Below the pieces are notes generated by a model that saw only the letters and a list, made by a program, of their open reading frames with translations, did no database searches and had not been told where the DNA came from. The position numbers and the translations under genes were made by a program. This document shows positions 8,996 to 15,749 of a stretch of DNA of 15,749 nucleotides, one piece after another. Source of the DNA: Candidatus Scalinduaceae bacterium (GTDB taxonomy: Bacteria > Planctomycetota > Brocadiia > Brocadiales > Scalinduaceae); contig JBHICG010000073.1 of NCBI GenBank assembly GCA_046759445.1, positions 1 to 15,749 on the forward strand, in the 5' to 3' direction. How positions within the stretch are numbered: position 1 is the stretch's first letter; every line of letters starts with the position of its first letter.

Positions 8996-9028
8996 GACAA
9001 TCCCTATTCGATGAGGGTTGTTTTCTTT
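8996..9028 (+). terminator. Putative intrinsic terminator or attenuator after the tetraheme gene
   Basis: GACAATCCCT...AGGGTTGTT hairpin immediately after the stop codon, followed by TTCTTT. Confidence 0.5.
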
Positions 9029-9050
9029 ATTTATACTGTTTTGCATTAAT

Positions 9051-9107
9051 CTACACTCAGATATTTTGATTCTCCGATAAAATCGGGAGGTTTAAGTCTG
9101 GGTGTAG
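9051..9107. repeat. Intergenic long stem-loop
   Basis: CTACACTCAGA (9051-9061)/TCTGGGTGTAG (9097-9107) outer stem with one G-U pair, and inner CCGAT-AAA-ATCGG hairpin (9074-9086). Confidence 0.7.
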
Positions 9108-9196
9108 GACTTGTTAAGTTTTAACCAATATTGCATATAAAGGTTCGCCCACTATATTTGTACTGCCTTTTATTTAGCTGAAGGAGGAAAACCAAA

Positions 9197-10210
9197 GTGG
9201 AATCACTGCTAAACACATATACGGCTGTGATTAGTAATAAAGTCTATAGATTTTTGTTTTTTTCATGCCTTTTTTTATTCATTTCTGCTTTCTCTTCACA
9301 TACACTCGTTGCTCAAGAAAATAGCGAGTGCATAGAATGTCATACAGATCCGTCAGAGGTAGATGTCAAGGTAAGGGTAGATCCTGTTACAGGTGAGGTG
9401 GAAATAGTTTCTATGCTAATTGATGCAGATGCCTTTCATGCATCTGCCCATGGTACAGATGATTTTTACTGTATTGATTGCCACGCAGACTTGGAAGACG
9501 TTGACCTGGAAGAAACTGAAGGAGGACATTATCCGAACTTACAACCTGTGGATTGTATAACGTTTTGTCACGATGATCCGGCTGAAGCGTTTTTAGAGGG
9601 TAGCCATGTGCGCTTAATGCGGGAAAATGATGTTCAAGTACCTACCTGTAAACACTGTCATGCCGGAGAAAAATCCAAACGTGACACTCCTAAAGCGGAT
9701 GATTTATATCACCGAAAAGATACGATTGAAAAGTGTAGCGAGTGCCATGCTGAATACCTGCATTCATATCGTAATAATCTGCATGGTCAGGTTACGGCAT
9801 TAGGTCATGTGGATACAGACATTGCGACATGCGTTGATTGTCATGGTGAACATACTATATTACACTCATCAGAACCAGAATCTACATTGGGTTCAGAAAA
9901 TATTATTGAGACGTGTGGCACATGTCATCCTGGCGCTAATGAAAAATTTGTTAAACATGTTGCGCATCCTCAATATAAGAATATACAATATTACAAGTCC
10001 GCTTTACTTGCCGTTAAGAACATTCGAAAAGAGCCGGAACAAATCGAGAGTATCGTCAAGAGCCCGCAAATAATTTTGACAATCGTTTTCATAATGTATA
10101 TGGGCATATTAGTGATGACCTTTTCTGGTTTTGGTTTACATTCAATTCTCACATGGTTTAGCACCATTTTGGATGAGCGTAAAGGAAAGGAAAATGAACA
10201 TGGCAAATAA
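9197..10210 (+). CDS. Membrane-anchored heptaheme cytochrome c (kuste2855-like, electron transfer module)
   Basis: RBS AAGGAGG and GTG start; signal peptide; six CxxCH (CIECH, CIDCH, CKHCH, CSECH, CVDCH, CGTCH) plus one CxxxCH (CITFCH); C-terminal TM helix. Confidence 0.9.
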   Translation: MESLLNTYTAVISNKVYRFLFFSCLFLFISAFSSHTLVAQENSECIECHTDPSEVDVKVRVDPVTGEVEIVSMLIDADAFHASAHGTDDFYCIDCHADLEDVDLEETEGGHYPNLQPVDCITFCHDDPAEAFLEGSHVRLMRENDVQVPTCKHCHAGEKSKRDTPKADDLYHRKDTIEKCSECHAEYLHSYRNNLHGQVTALGHVDTDIATCVDCHGEHTILHSSEPESTLGSENIIETCGTCHPGANEKFVKHVAHPQYKNIQYYKSALLAVKNIRKEPEQIESIVKSPQIILTIVFIMYMGILVMTFSGFGLHSILTWFSTILDERKGKENEHGK

Positions 10211-11039
10211 TTTATTAAGATTTAGTCTATATCACAGATGTACTCATTTTCTTCTCATTATTAGCTTTTTTGGGTTAGTGTTAACGGGTATGCCACTTGT
10301 TTTCAAGGATTACGGATGGTCGCTTTATCTGTATAATAAATTAGGTGGCTATCCTACTGCTGGATATATTCATAGGATATGTGCGCTTATTACTTTTTTT
10401 GTAGCTTTTTTACATTTTGCGTTTCTGTCCTTTGAAGCCGTAATGAAGAAAAATGGAAGGCTTTTCTGGGGGCCGGATTCTCTCATAATACAACCCAGGG
10501 ACATATTAAACATAATAGGAGACATTTTGTGGTTCTTCAGGTTGGGGCCAAGACCAAAGTTTGATAGATGGATTTATTGGGAAAAATTTGAATATCTATC
10601 ACTTATATGGGGTACCCTGGTTATGGGAGTTACTGGCTTTATCCTCTGGTTTCCGGTTCAGTCGGTGAATATTATGCCTGCTGGTCTTGTCAATATTGTT
10701 GATTTACCAAGTATAGCTTTGATAGCTCATAGGTATGAGGCTATACTGGCCGCTGGTTTTATCTTTACAATTCATTTTTTCCATACTCACCTACTTCCAG
10801 AGAAGTTGCCTGTTGATGAAGCAATGTTCACTGGAAAGGTTTTAGAAGAAGAAGTATTACATGAAAGAGGTTCATATTATGAGAGATTAAAAAAGGAAGA
10901 ACAGTTGGAGGAATCTAAAATTAATCCACCATCTGCTAGAGCCAGTTTTGTGTCTAAGTTATTTGGGATTCCAATCCTGGTGATTGGTTTGCTAATGGTT
11001 AGCTTTATGCTATCTTCGCTTATATGTTCTTTAATTTAA
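10200..11039 (+). CDS. Di-heme cytochrome b, formate dehydrogenase gamma (FdnI)-like membrane subunit (kuste2856-like)
   Basis: RFSLYHRCTH, GYIHR, KFDRWIYWEKFEY, IAHRYEA and FTIHFFH give the His ligand pattern; about 5 TM helices. The start is probably ATG 10200 (or 10194), overlapping the upstream stop, after AAGGAAAGG. Confidence 0.9.
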   Translation: MANNLLRFSLYHRCTHFLLIISFFGLVLTGMPLVFKDYGWSLYLYNKLGGYPTAGYIHRICALITFFVAFLHFAFLSFEAVMKKNGRLFWGPDSLIIQPRDILNIIGDILWFFRLGPRPKFDRWIYWEKFEYLSLIWGTLVMGVTGFILWFPVQSVNIMPAGLVNIVDLPSIALIAHRYEAILAAGFIFTIHFFHTHLLPEKLPVDEAMFTGKVLEEEVLHERGSYYERLKKEEQLEESKINPPSARASFVSKLFGIPILVIGLLMVSFMLSSLICSLI

Positions 11040-11192
11040 TCTCAAATTATGTTTCTGTTATAACTTGTAACTGCAGGTACTAGGCTGAGATAAAATGGTT
11101 TGACCCAAAGGTTGTTATTTCTATCACGCATCTTTTTGGTTATTAAAAGACCGTAGTGGGTAAAATGAAAATCTTAGGTTCAGTATCTTTCG

Positions 11193-11201
11193 TGCTATAA
11201 T
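11193..11201 (+). promoter_or_regulatory. Putative extended -10 promoter of the sigma-54 activator gene
   Basis: TGCTATAAT (TGn plus perfect TATAAT) about 50 nt before the ATG; no good -35. Confidence 0.45.
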
Positions 11202-11253
11202 ATCATTACAATTAAAATAGAGTTTCTGTGTTAGAAGGTTTGAAGGATAATTT

Positions 11254-12633
11254 ATGCTAAACATGGTATTAGTTACAGATGATGAAGAGCGAATAATACG
11301 CAACATAAGAACTATTTTCAATGAAATTGGAAATATTGAAGTTGTCAATGCTCAAGATAAAGATTCAATGGTTGACTTTATTGATAGCGAGAGACTTCAC
11401 TTAATCATTACTGACCTTAGAGTGCCGCAAATGGACAGATTAGAATTTTTAAAGTACATTAAATCGAAGGATCAAGACCTTCCAGTTATTGTTGTCACTG
11501 GGGAAGATTCCATTGAAACGGCAGTAGGGGCTATGAAGGAAGGAGTATTCGATTATATCACAAATCCATTTGAAAAGGATACACTCAGGATTGCAGTGGA
11601 AAAAGCTCTTAAAATGAGATCTCTGACGATGGAGAACAGATATCTTCGGAAAGAGCTGGAGTCACATTATAATTTTGGCAATATTATTGGCAATTCACCA
11701 AAAATTTTGGAAGTGCTTTTACTGGCCGGTGATGTTTCTAAAACGGATTCAACAGTGACACTTTATGGAGAAAGTGGAACAGGCAAAGAATTAGTTGCAA
11801 GAGCTATCCATTTCAATAGCTTAAGGAAAAGTGGGCCATTAATTACAATTAATTGTGCTGCATTACCAGAGAATTTATTAGAAAGTGAACTGTTTGGTTA
11901 CGAAAGAGGTGCGTTTACGGGGGCGGAAAAAAGTAAAATGGGTCGTTTCGAGCTAGCTCATGGAGGCACCTTGTTCCTCGATGAGATATCGGAAATGAAC
12001 CCTATTGTTCAAGCTAAAGTGTTAAGAGTTGTTGAAGAAAGAGAGTTGGAGCGACTTGGTGGTTCTGAAACAATAAGAGTTAATGTAAGGATAATATGTG
12101 CAAGCAATAAGGACCTTGAAGAATATGTAAAAAAAGGACAATTTAGAGAAGATTTATACTATCGCATAAATGTATTTCCTATTAATCTACCCCCGCTCAG
12201 AGAAAGACCAGAAGATACTTTATTATTAGCAAGGGACTTTGTTGAGAGATATTCCATGAAGATGGGTAAATACCCGCTAAAGTTATCAAAAAATGTAGAA
12301 AAAATCCTTATTTCAAGTAGGTGGGAAGGTAATGTAAGAGAATTGAAGAATTGTATTGAGAGAGCGGTTATTTTATGCAAAGGAGATATGATAACAGAAA
12401 AACACCTTCCAGTCGCTTTATTAAAAGACGCTGCTTGTGGTTATGATAATGGTAAAGATAAAAATACGAAGATGGTAGATATCAATTTACCCCCGGAAGG
12501 GATATCCTTGGACGAACTTGAAAAACAACTTGTACTACAGGCATTGAAAAAGAGTAAAAACAACAAGACAAAAGCGGCAAAATTGCTTGGACTTAGCAGG
12601 GGAACCTTTAGGTATAGGTTAGAAAAGATATAA
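11254..12633 (+). CDS. Sigma-54-dependent transcriptional activator, NtrC/AtoC family (REC-AAA+-Fis HTH; kuste2857-like)
   Basis: Receiver with D9-D10, D54 and T82; Walker A GESGTGKE; ESELFG and GAFTGA; Walker B LFLDEI; FREDLYYR; WEGNVREL; C-terminal HTH NKTKAAKLLGLSRGTFRYRL. Confidence 0.95.
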   Translation: MLNMVLVTDDEERIIRNIRTIFNEIGNIEVVNAQDKDSMVDFIDSERLHLIITDLRVPQMDRLEFLKYIKSKDQDLPVIVVTGEDSIETAVGAMKEGVFDYITNPFEKDTLRIAVEKALKMRSLTMENRYLRKELESHYNFGNIIGNSPKILEVLLLAGDVSKTDSTVTLYGESGTGKELVARAIHFNSLRKSGPLITINCAALPENLLESELFGYERGAFTGAEKSKMGRFELAHGGTLFLDEISEMNPIVQAKVLRVVEERELERLGGSETIRVNVRIICASNKDLEEYVKKGQFREDLYYRINVFPINLPPLRERPEDTLLLARDFVERYSMKMGKYPLKLSKNVEKILISSRWEGNVRELKNCIERAVILCKGDMITEKHLPVALLKDAACGYDNGKDKNTKMVDINLPPEGISLDELEKQLVLQALKKSKNNKTKAAKLLGLSRGTFRYRLEKI

Positions 12634-12674
12634 CTTGATACTAATTACTAAATATTTGATAAATATCTGACAGT

Positions 12675-12707
12675 CAAAAAGGCCATATGGTTTATTTGCG
12701 CCAAATA
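12675..12707. promoter_or_regulatory. Overlapping palindromes: candidate upstream activator sequence (or terminator of the regulator gene)
   Basis: CAAAAAGGCCAT|ATGGTTTATTTG (12675-12698, 9 of 12 positions symmetric) and TATTTG-CGC-CAAATA (12693-12707), about 90-125 nt upstream of the -24 box. Confidence 0.35.
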
Positions 12708-12798
12708 TACATCTGTTTAGAAACCAATATTTAAAGAACAAAATCTTACAGTAACATATTATATAGACTTACGTTAAATGTATTTGTTTAAAGTATTT

Positions 12799-12814
12799 TG
12801 GCACATAATATGCT
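12799..12814 (+). promoter_or_regulatory. Sigma-54 (-24/-12) promoter of the hzs operon
   Basis: TGGCAC-ATAAT-ATGCT matches TGGCAC-N5-TTGCW with one mismatch; GG (12800-12801) and GC (12812-12813) are exactly 10 nt apart; lies just downstream of a sigma-54 activator gene. Confidence 0.85.
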
Positions 12815-12904
12815 TATTCTATACTCTATACTACACTACAGACTTAAATTTATTAAATTTAAATATAACTTTAACTTTATAGAGAATATAGAAGGAGGTG
12901 GGAA

Positions 12905-13513
12905 TTGAATTTTTTTAGAATGAGCATTGTAAAGCCTTTATTTTTATGTGCCTTTTTGGGTTTTTTATTTTTAAACAGCCAGGTTAATTATGCCGTTGGT
13001 GCAGAAGGAGGTGCCTGTCCGAAGAAACAGAATGAAAAATTGTTTTGGTGTACAGAGTGTAAGGAGATTTTCACCTGGAATGAATGTGGTAACTTGAAAT
13101 ACATCTGGGAATTCAAGGGAAAACAGCATAGTGAAGAAGTTGCTAAGCATGTGATGGTACCGTCTTGGGCATGTTTAAGGACTGAGTATCACTGCATACG
13201 TGATGGAAAAAAATGGTCCTCAAATCCGGATGGTATTTTTTGTGAGGGATCTAAGGTATGTTTGCCTTATAATATAGGTGCATGCGAAGTTTGTAATGAT
13301 GACCTGGCATCCAAAAAAAGCAGAGCAAAGCTTAACTTCAAGTGTACAAAATGTGGCAAGGAGTATGACGAACCGGGAGTAGGGCATGAGATTGATAAAA
13401 AGAAGGAATATGCGGAGCATTTAATAAGTTTTGGTAATTGTAAGGATTGTGGAGAACCACTTGACAGCGTTTGTAAACAGTCTGGCACATGCCCACATGT
13501 TCCAGATTTTTAA
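12905..13513 (+). CDS. Exported cysteine-rich protein of unknown function, paralog 1 (16 Cys, four CxxC)
   Basis: AGGAGG 6 nt before the TTG start; signal peptide ending near VNYA; CTEC, CEVC, CTKC, CKDC; colinear similarity to the next ORF supports it being coding. Confidence 0.85.
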   Translation: MNFFRMSIVKPLFLCAFLGFLFLNSQVNYAVGAEGGACPKKQNEKLFWCTECKEIFTWNECGNLKYIWEFKGKQHSEEVAKHVMVPSWACLRTEYHCIRDGKKWSSNPDGIFCEGSKVCLPYNIGACEVCNDDLASKKSRAKLNFKCTKCGKEYDEPGVGHEIDKKKEYAEHLISFGNCKDCGEPLDSVCKQSGTCPHVPDF

Positions 13514-13549
13514 TGACGTTATAATTTTTTTTGGAGGTGGGCTGGAAAG

Positions 13550-14146
13550 TTGAGTAATGCAAGGGTTTTTGTTGGTAGACTTTTGTATATCTGTACCTTT
13601 TTCTGCATAGTATCTTTTTTTACAAACTATGTTAACTACGCCGTTGGGGGGGAAGGTGGAAATTGTCCAAAGAGTAAGATTCAGTTGCAATTCTGGTGTG
13701 AAGCTTGTAAAAAGATAAGAGAATTCAAGGATTGTGATACCGCTGATTATATATGGGATTACAAGAAATACAAAGCTGGATCTGAGGAATATGCAGATGC
13801 CAAGGCACATCAGGACCTAGGAGAAGCGTGGGGATGTCAGAGGATTTCATACAGTTGCATAAACAAAGAGTGTGTTGATTATGGGAAATGCATACCACAT
13901 CCCGGTATTTGTGAGACGTGTATGGATGATATTACCAGCAAAAAGATTTGGTCAAAGGTTGTTTTTAAATGTACGGAATGCGGCAAAGTATTTGACCATC
14001 CGGGCCAGGGACATAAACTTAATGAAAGAATAGAATATCTTCCAACATTACTAAAACAAGAAGCTGGTAAATGTGAAGATTGTGGAAAGGCTTTAGAGAC
14101 GGTTTGCCAGAAGTCAGGGACATGTCCTCATGTTCCTAGTTTTTAA
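13550..14146 (+). CDS. Exported cysteine-rich protein of unknown function, paralog 2 (16 Cys, four CxxC)
   Basis: GGAGG upstream of a TTG start; signal peptide; CEAC, CETC, CTEC, CEDC; shares VNYAVGxEGGxCPK, FWCxxCK, YIW, FKCTxCGK, PGxGH and VCxxSGTCPHVP with paralog 1. Confidence 0.85.
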   Translation: MSNARVFVGRLLYICTFFCIVSFFTNYVNYAVGGEGGNCPKSKIQLQFWCEACKKIREFKDCDTADYIWDYKKYKAGSEEYADAKAHQDLGEAWGCQRISYSCINKECVDYGKCIPHPGICETCMDDITSKKIWSKVVFKCTECGKVFDHPGQGHKLNERIEYLPTLLKQEAGKCEDCGKALETVCQKSGTCPHVPSF

Positions 14147-14180
14147 TTTTTAATTTTATAAATTTTTGAGGAGGTGAAGA

Positions 14181-15317
14181 ATGAAGAAAAAGTCTTTATT
14201 ATTGAGCTTCATAGGTGCTGGGCTGATCGGTTTAGCATTGGCTCAAAGCAGTAATGCCGGTTTTATACAGGGTACAAGGGTAAGAACAGAGAATCCTTCC
14301 CCGTTTCATGTCGCTGTATCACCCGATGGCAGTAAGTTGGTAATAGCGAATCAATCGGGCCATAGCATAACCATAATAGACGCACGATCAAGGAAGATCC
14401 TTGGTGAAGTGCCCGTACAGGTACAACCTGAGGCATCGGTAATATCAAAGGATGGTCGTACTGCGTATGTATGCAATGCTGAAAGCGATAGTGTGTCAGT
14501 GGTAGATTTGAACAGCAAGTCTGTAGTAAAAAACATAAAAGTAGGCGACTGGCCATGTAATATTAAATTGTCAAAAGACGGTTCAAAGGCATATGTATGC
14601 TGTTCTGGTAATATGTGGAACTCCATTGATATCATTGATACTGCAATGAATAGTAAAATCGGTGAGATTAGAACCTCGCATTATGGTCCCAGAGACATTG
14701 CTATCTCTCCTGATGGGAAATCTGCCGCCATAGCCAATGATAGCGTTGGCAGTATCAACAGAACGATTGATTTCGTCGATCTTGGAACAGGGAGGATTAC
14801 GGAGACCAGGGCTATACCCGGGAGCGCTAATTTAAGGGGTATTGCTTATACACCTGATGCGGCTTTTGTGCTTGTTACAATGGAACAGCCCAAGAACTGG
14901 TTGCCTGTATGCGAAGCAGAAAATGCCCAGATATTTTCAAACAATCTTGCTGTTTTAGAGACTAAACCAGGTGGAAAGGTTGCCAGCATGCCTCTGGATG
15001 AGCACAACAATTACGATGGGAATCCCTACGGCCTGGCAGTTGATCCAGAGGGTAAATATGTTTATATCGGCATAAGGAGTATGCATAGGGTAACTATCAT
15101 TGATCTTCCAAAGATGCTTGAAATCGTTGTATCTAGCACTCAGGAAGAGTTGGATGATTTAAAGAATGACTTGACGCTCATGGTTGATTATTTAGTTGCC
15201 AGAGTAAATACGGGTCTAGGGCCAAGTTCTGTTGCTCTATCACCGGATGGTAAAACTCTTTACGCTGCAAACTATTTTTCAAATAACGTTAGTGTCATCA
15301 GAACACCCTCTGACTAA
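14181..15317 (+). CDS. hzsB: Hydrazine synthase beta subunit (heme-free beta-propeller; kuste2859-like; called hzsC in some PCR-marker literature)
   Basis: Strong RBS GAGGAGG; signal peptide; YVTN-like propeller repeats; diagnostic NQSGHS, VCNAESDSVSVVD, PKNWLPVCEAEN, NNYDGNPYG and YAANYFSNNV segments recognised from anammox HZS-beta; followed by HZS-gamma. Confidence 0.95.
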   Translation: MKKKSLLLSFIGAGLIGLALAQSSNAGFIQGTRVRTENPSPFHVAVSPDGSKLVIANQSGHSITIIDARSRKILGEVPVQVQPEASVISKDGRTAYVCNAESDSVSVVDLNSKSVVKNIKVGDWPCNIKLSKDGSKAYVCCSGNMWNSIDIIDTAMNSKIGEIRTSHYGPRDIAISPDGKSAAIANDSVGSINRTIDFVDLGTGRITETRAIPGSANLRGIAYTPDAAFVLVTMEQPKNWLPVCEAENAQIFSNNLAVLETKPGGKVASMPLDEHNNYDGNPYGLAVDPEGKYVYIGIRSMHRVTIIDLPKMLEIVVSSTQEELDDLKNDLTLMVDYLVARVNTGLGPSSVALSPDGKTLYAANYFSNNVSVIRTPSD

Positions 15318-15387
15318 TTAGTCGATTATGGTGTAAGTTTCAAAAGTTGAATAAATTATTTTAGCAATTTTATAAAGGAGGTAGATA

Positions 15388-15749
15388 ATGAAGAAAGTAT
15401 TTACGTTAGGCTTGATTGCTGCCTTGTGTTTATTGGGTGTATCCGCACCCATGAATATGGCAGGCGCTGGTGAAGCTCAGGTTATAGCCACTATCCAGAC
15501 AGGTCCTGAGTGGGAACCGCTTGAAAGAGGAGAGCCATTGACAGTCCCAGAAGTACACTATAGGGTGAAACACTCTCCATATAAGAGCGAGTTGGTTAGG
15601 TATGGACAATTTATATTTAATGAGGCGTCATGGACGCTGCAGGGTGAGTACTCATGCGCAAGCTGCCATTATGAGAGAGGGCAGACAACAGGTTTGATCT
15701 GGGATCTTGGAGATGAAGGCTGGGGCAGTTGGAAGAATGTGAAGTATAT
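15388..15749 (+). CDS. hzsC: Hydrazine synthase gamma subunit (diheme, CCP/MauG-like; kuste2860-like; called hzsB in PCR-marker literature), 3'-partial
   Basis: Not in the ORF track because it runs off the window. Manual translation after AAGGAGG: MKKVFTLGLIAALCLLGVSAPMNMAGAGEAQVIATIQTGPEWEPLERGEPLTVPEVHYRVKHSPYKSELVRYGQFIFNEASWTLQGEYSCASCHYERGQTTGLIWDLGDEGWGSWKNVKY; first heme motif CASCH. Confidence 0.95.
   Translation, partial: MKKVFTLGLIAALCLLGVSAPMNMAGAGEAQVIATIQTGPEWEPLERGEPLTVPEVHYRVKHSPYKSELVRYGQFIFNEASWTLQGEYSCASCHYERGQTTGLIWDLGDEGWGSWKNVKY

Noticed and set aside
10131..10199. Longer N-terminus of cytochrome b as given in the ORF track
   Set aside because: It would overlap the heptaheme gene by 80 nt; the SD-like AAGGAAAGG points to ATG 10194 or 10200.
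12905..14146. Calling the Cys-rich pair multiheme cytochromes c or ferredoxins
   Set aside because: None of the CxxC motifs is followed by His and there is no CxxCxxCxxxC pattern; the terminal CxxSGTCPH is not an established heme motif.
2741..14635. Short minus-strand ORFs in the track and the + strand ORF 9807-10073
   Set aside because: Almost all overlap well-supported genes on the opposite strand or in another frame, and none shows a recognisable motif; treated as shadow ORFs.
14181..15317. Generic YVTN beta-propeller or cd1 nitrite reductase
   Set aside because: No heme c domain; the HZS-beta-specific segments and the downstream CASCH-containing gamma gene identify it.
1..15749. CRISPR array, tRNA/rRNA, transposase or integrase
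   Set aside because: No regularly spaced direct repeats, RNA-gene signatures or recombinase motifs were seen by eye.

Overview
AT-rich genomic segment from an anammox bacterium (Planctomycetota, Ca. Brocadiales-type). All credible genes lie on the + strand. The right half (8242-15749) is the hydrazine synthase gene cluster, in the order known from Kuenenia kuste2854-2860: a tetraheme cytochrome c with the contracted CKCH motif, a membrane-anchored heptaheme cytochrome c, a di-heme cytochrome b, an NtrC-type sigma-54 activator, a -24/-12 sigma-54 promoter, two tandem paralogous exported 16-Cys proteins of unknown function, the HZS beta subunit, and the 5' part of the HZS gamma subunit (missing from the ORF track, not fused to beta). 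The left half holds a 5'-truncated TlpA/ResA-like thioredoxin-domain protein, an orphan BatB-like vWA protein, an aldehyde dehydrogenase, a decayed TPR/L7-L12-like pseudogene, a TIGR00725 (LOG-like) protein and accB-accC. The best candidate for something undescribed is the sigma-54-driven pair of secreted Cys-rich proteins heading the hzs operon, together with an activator whose receiver lacks the conserved Lys. All family assignments come from motif reading and recall; no searches were run.
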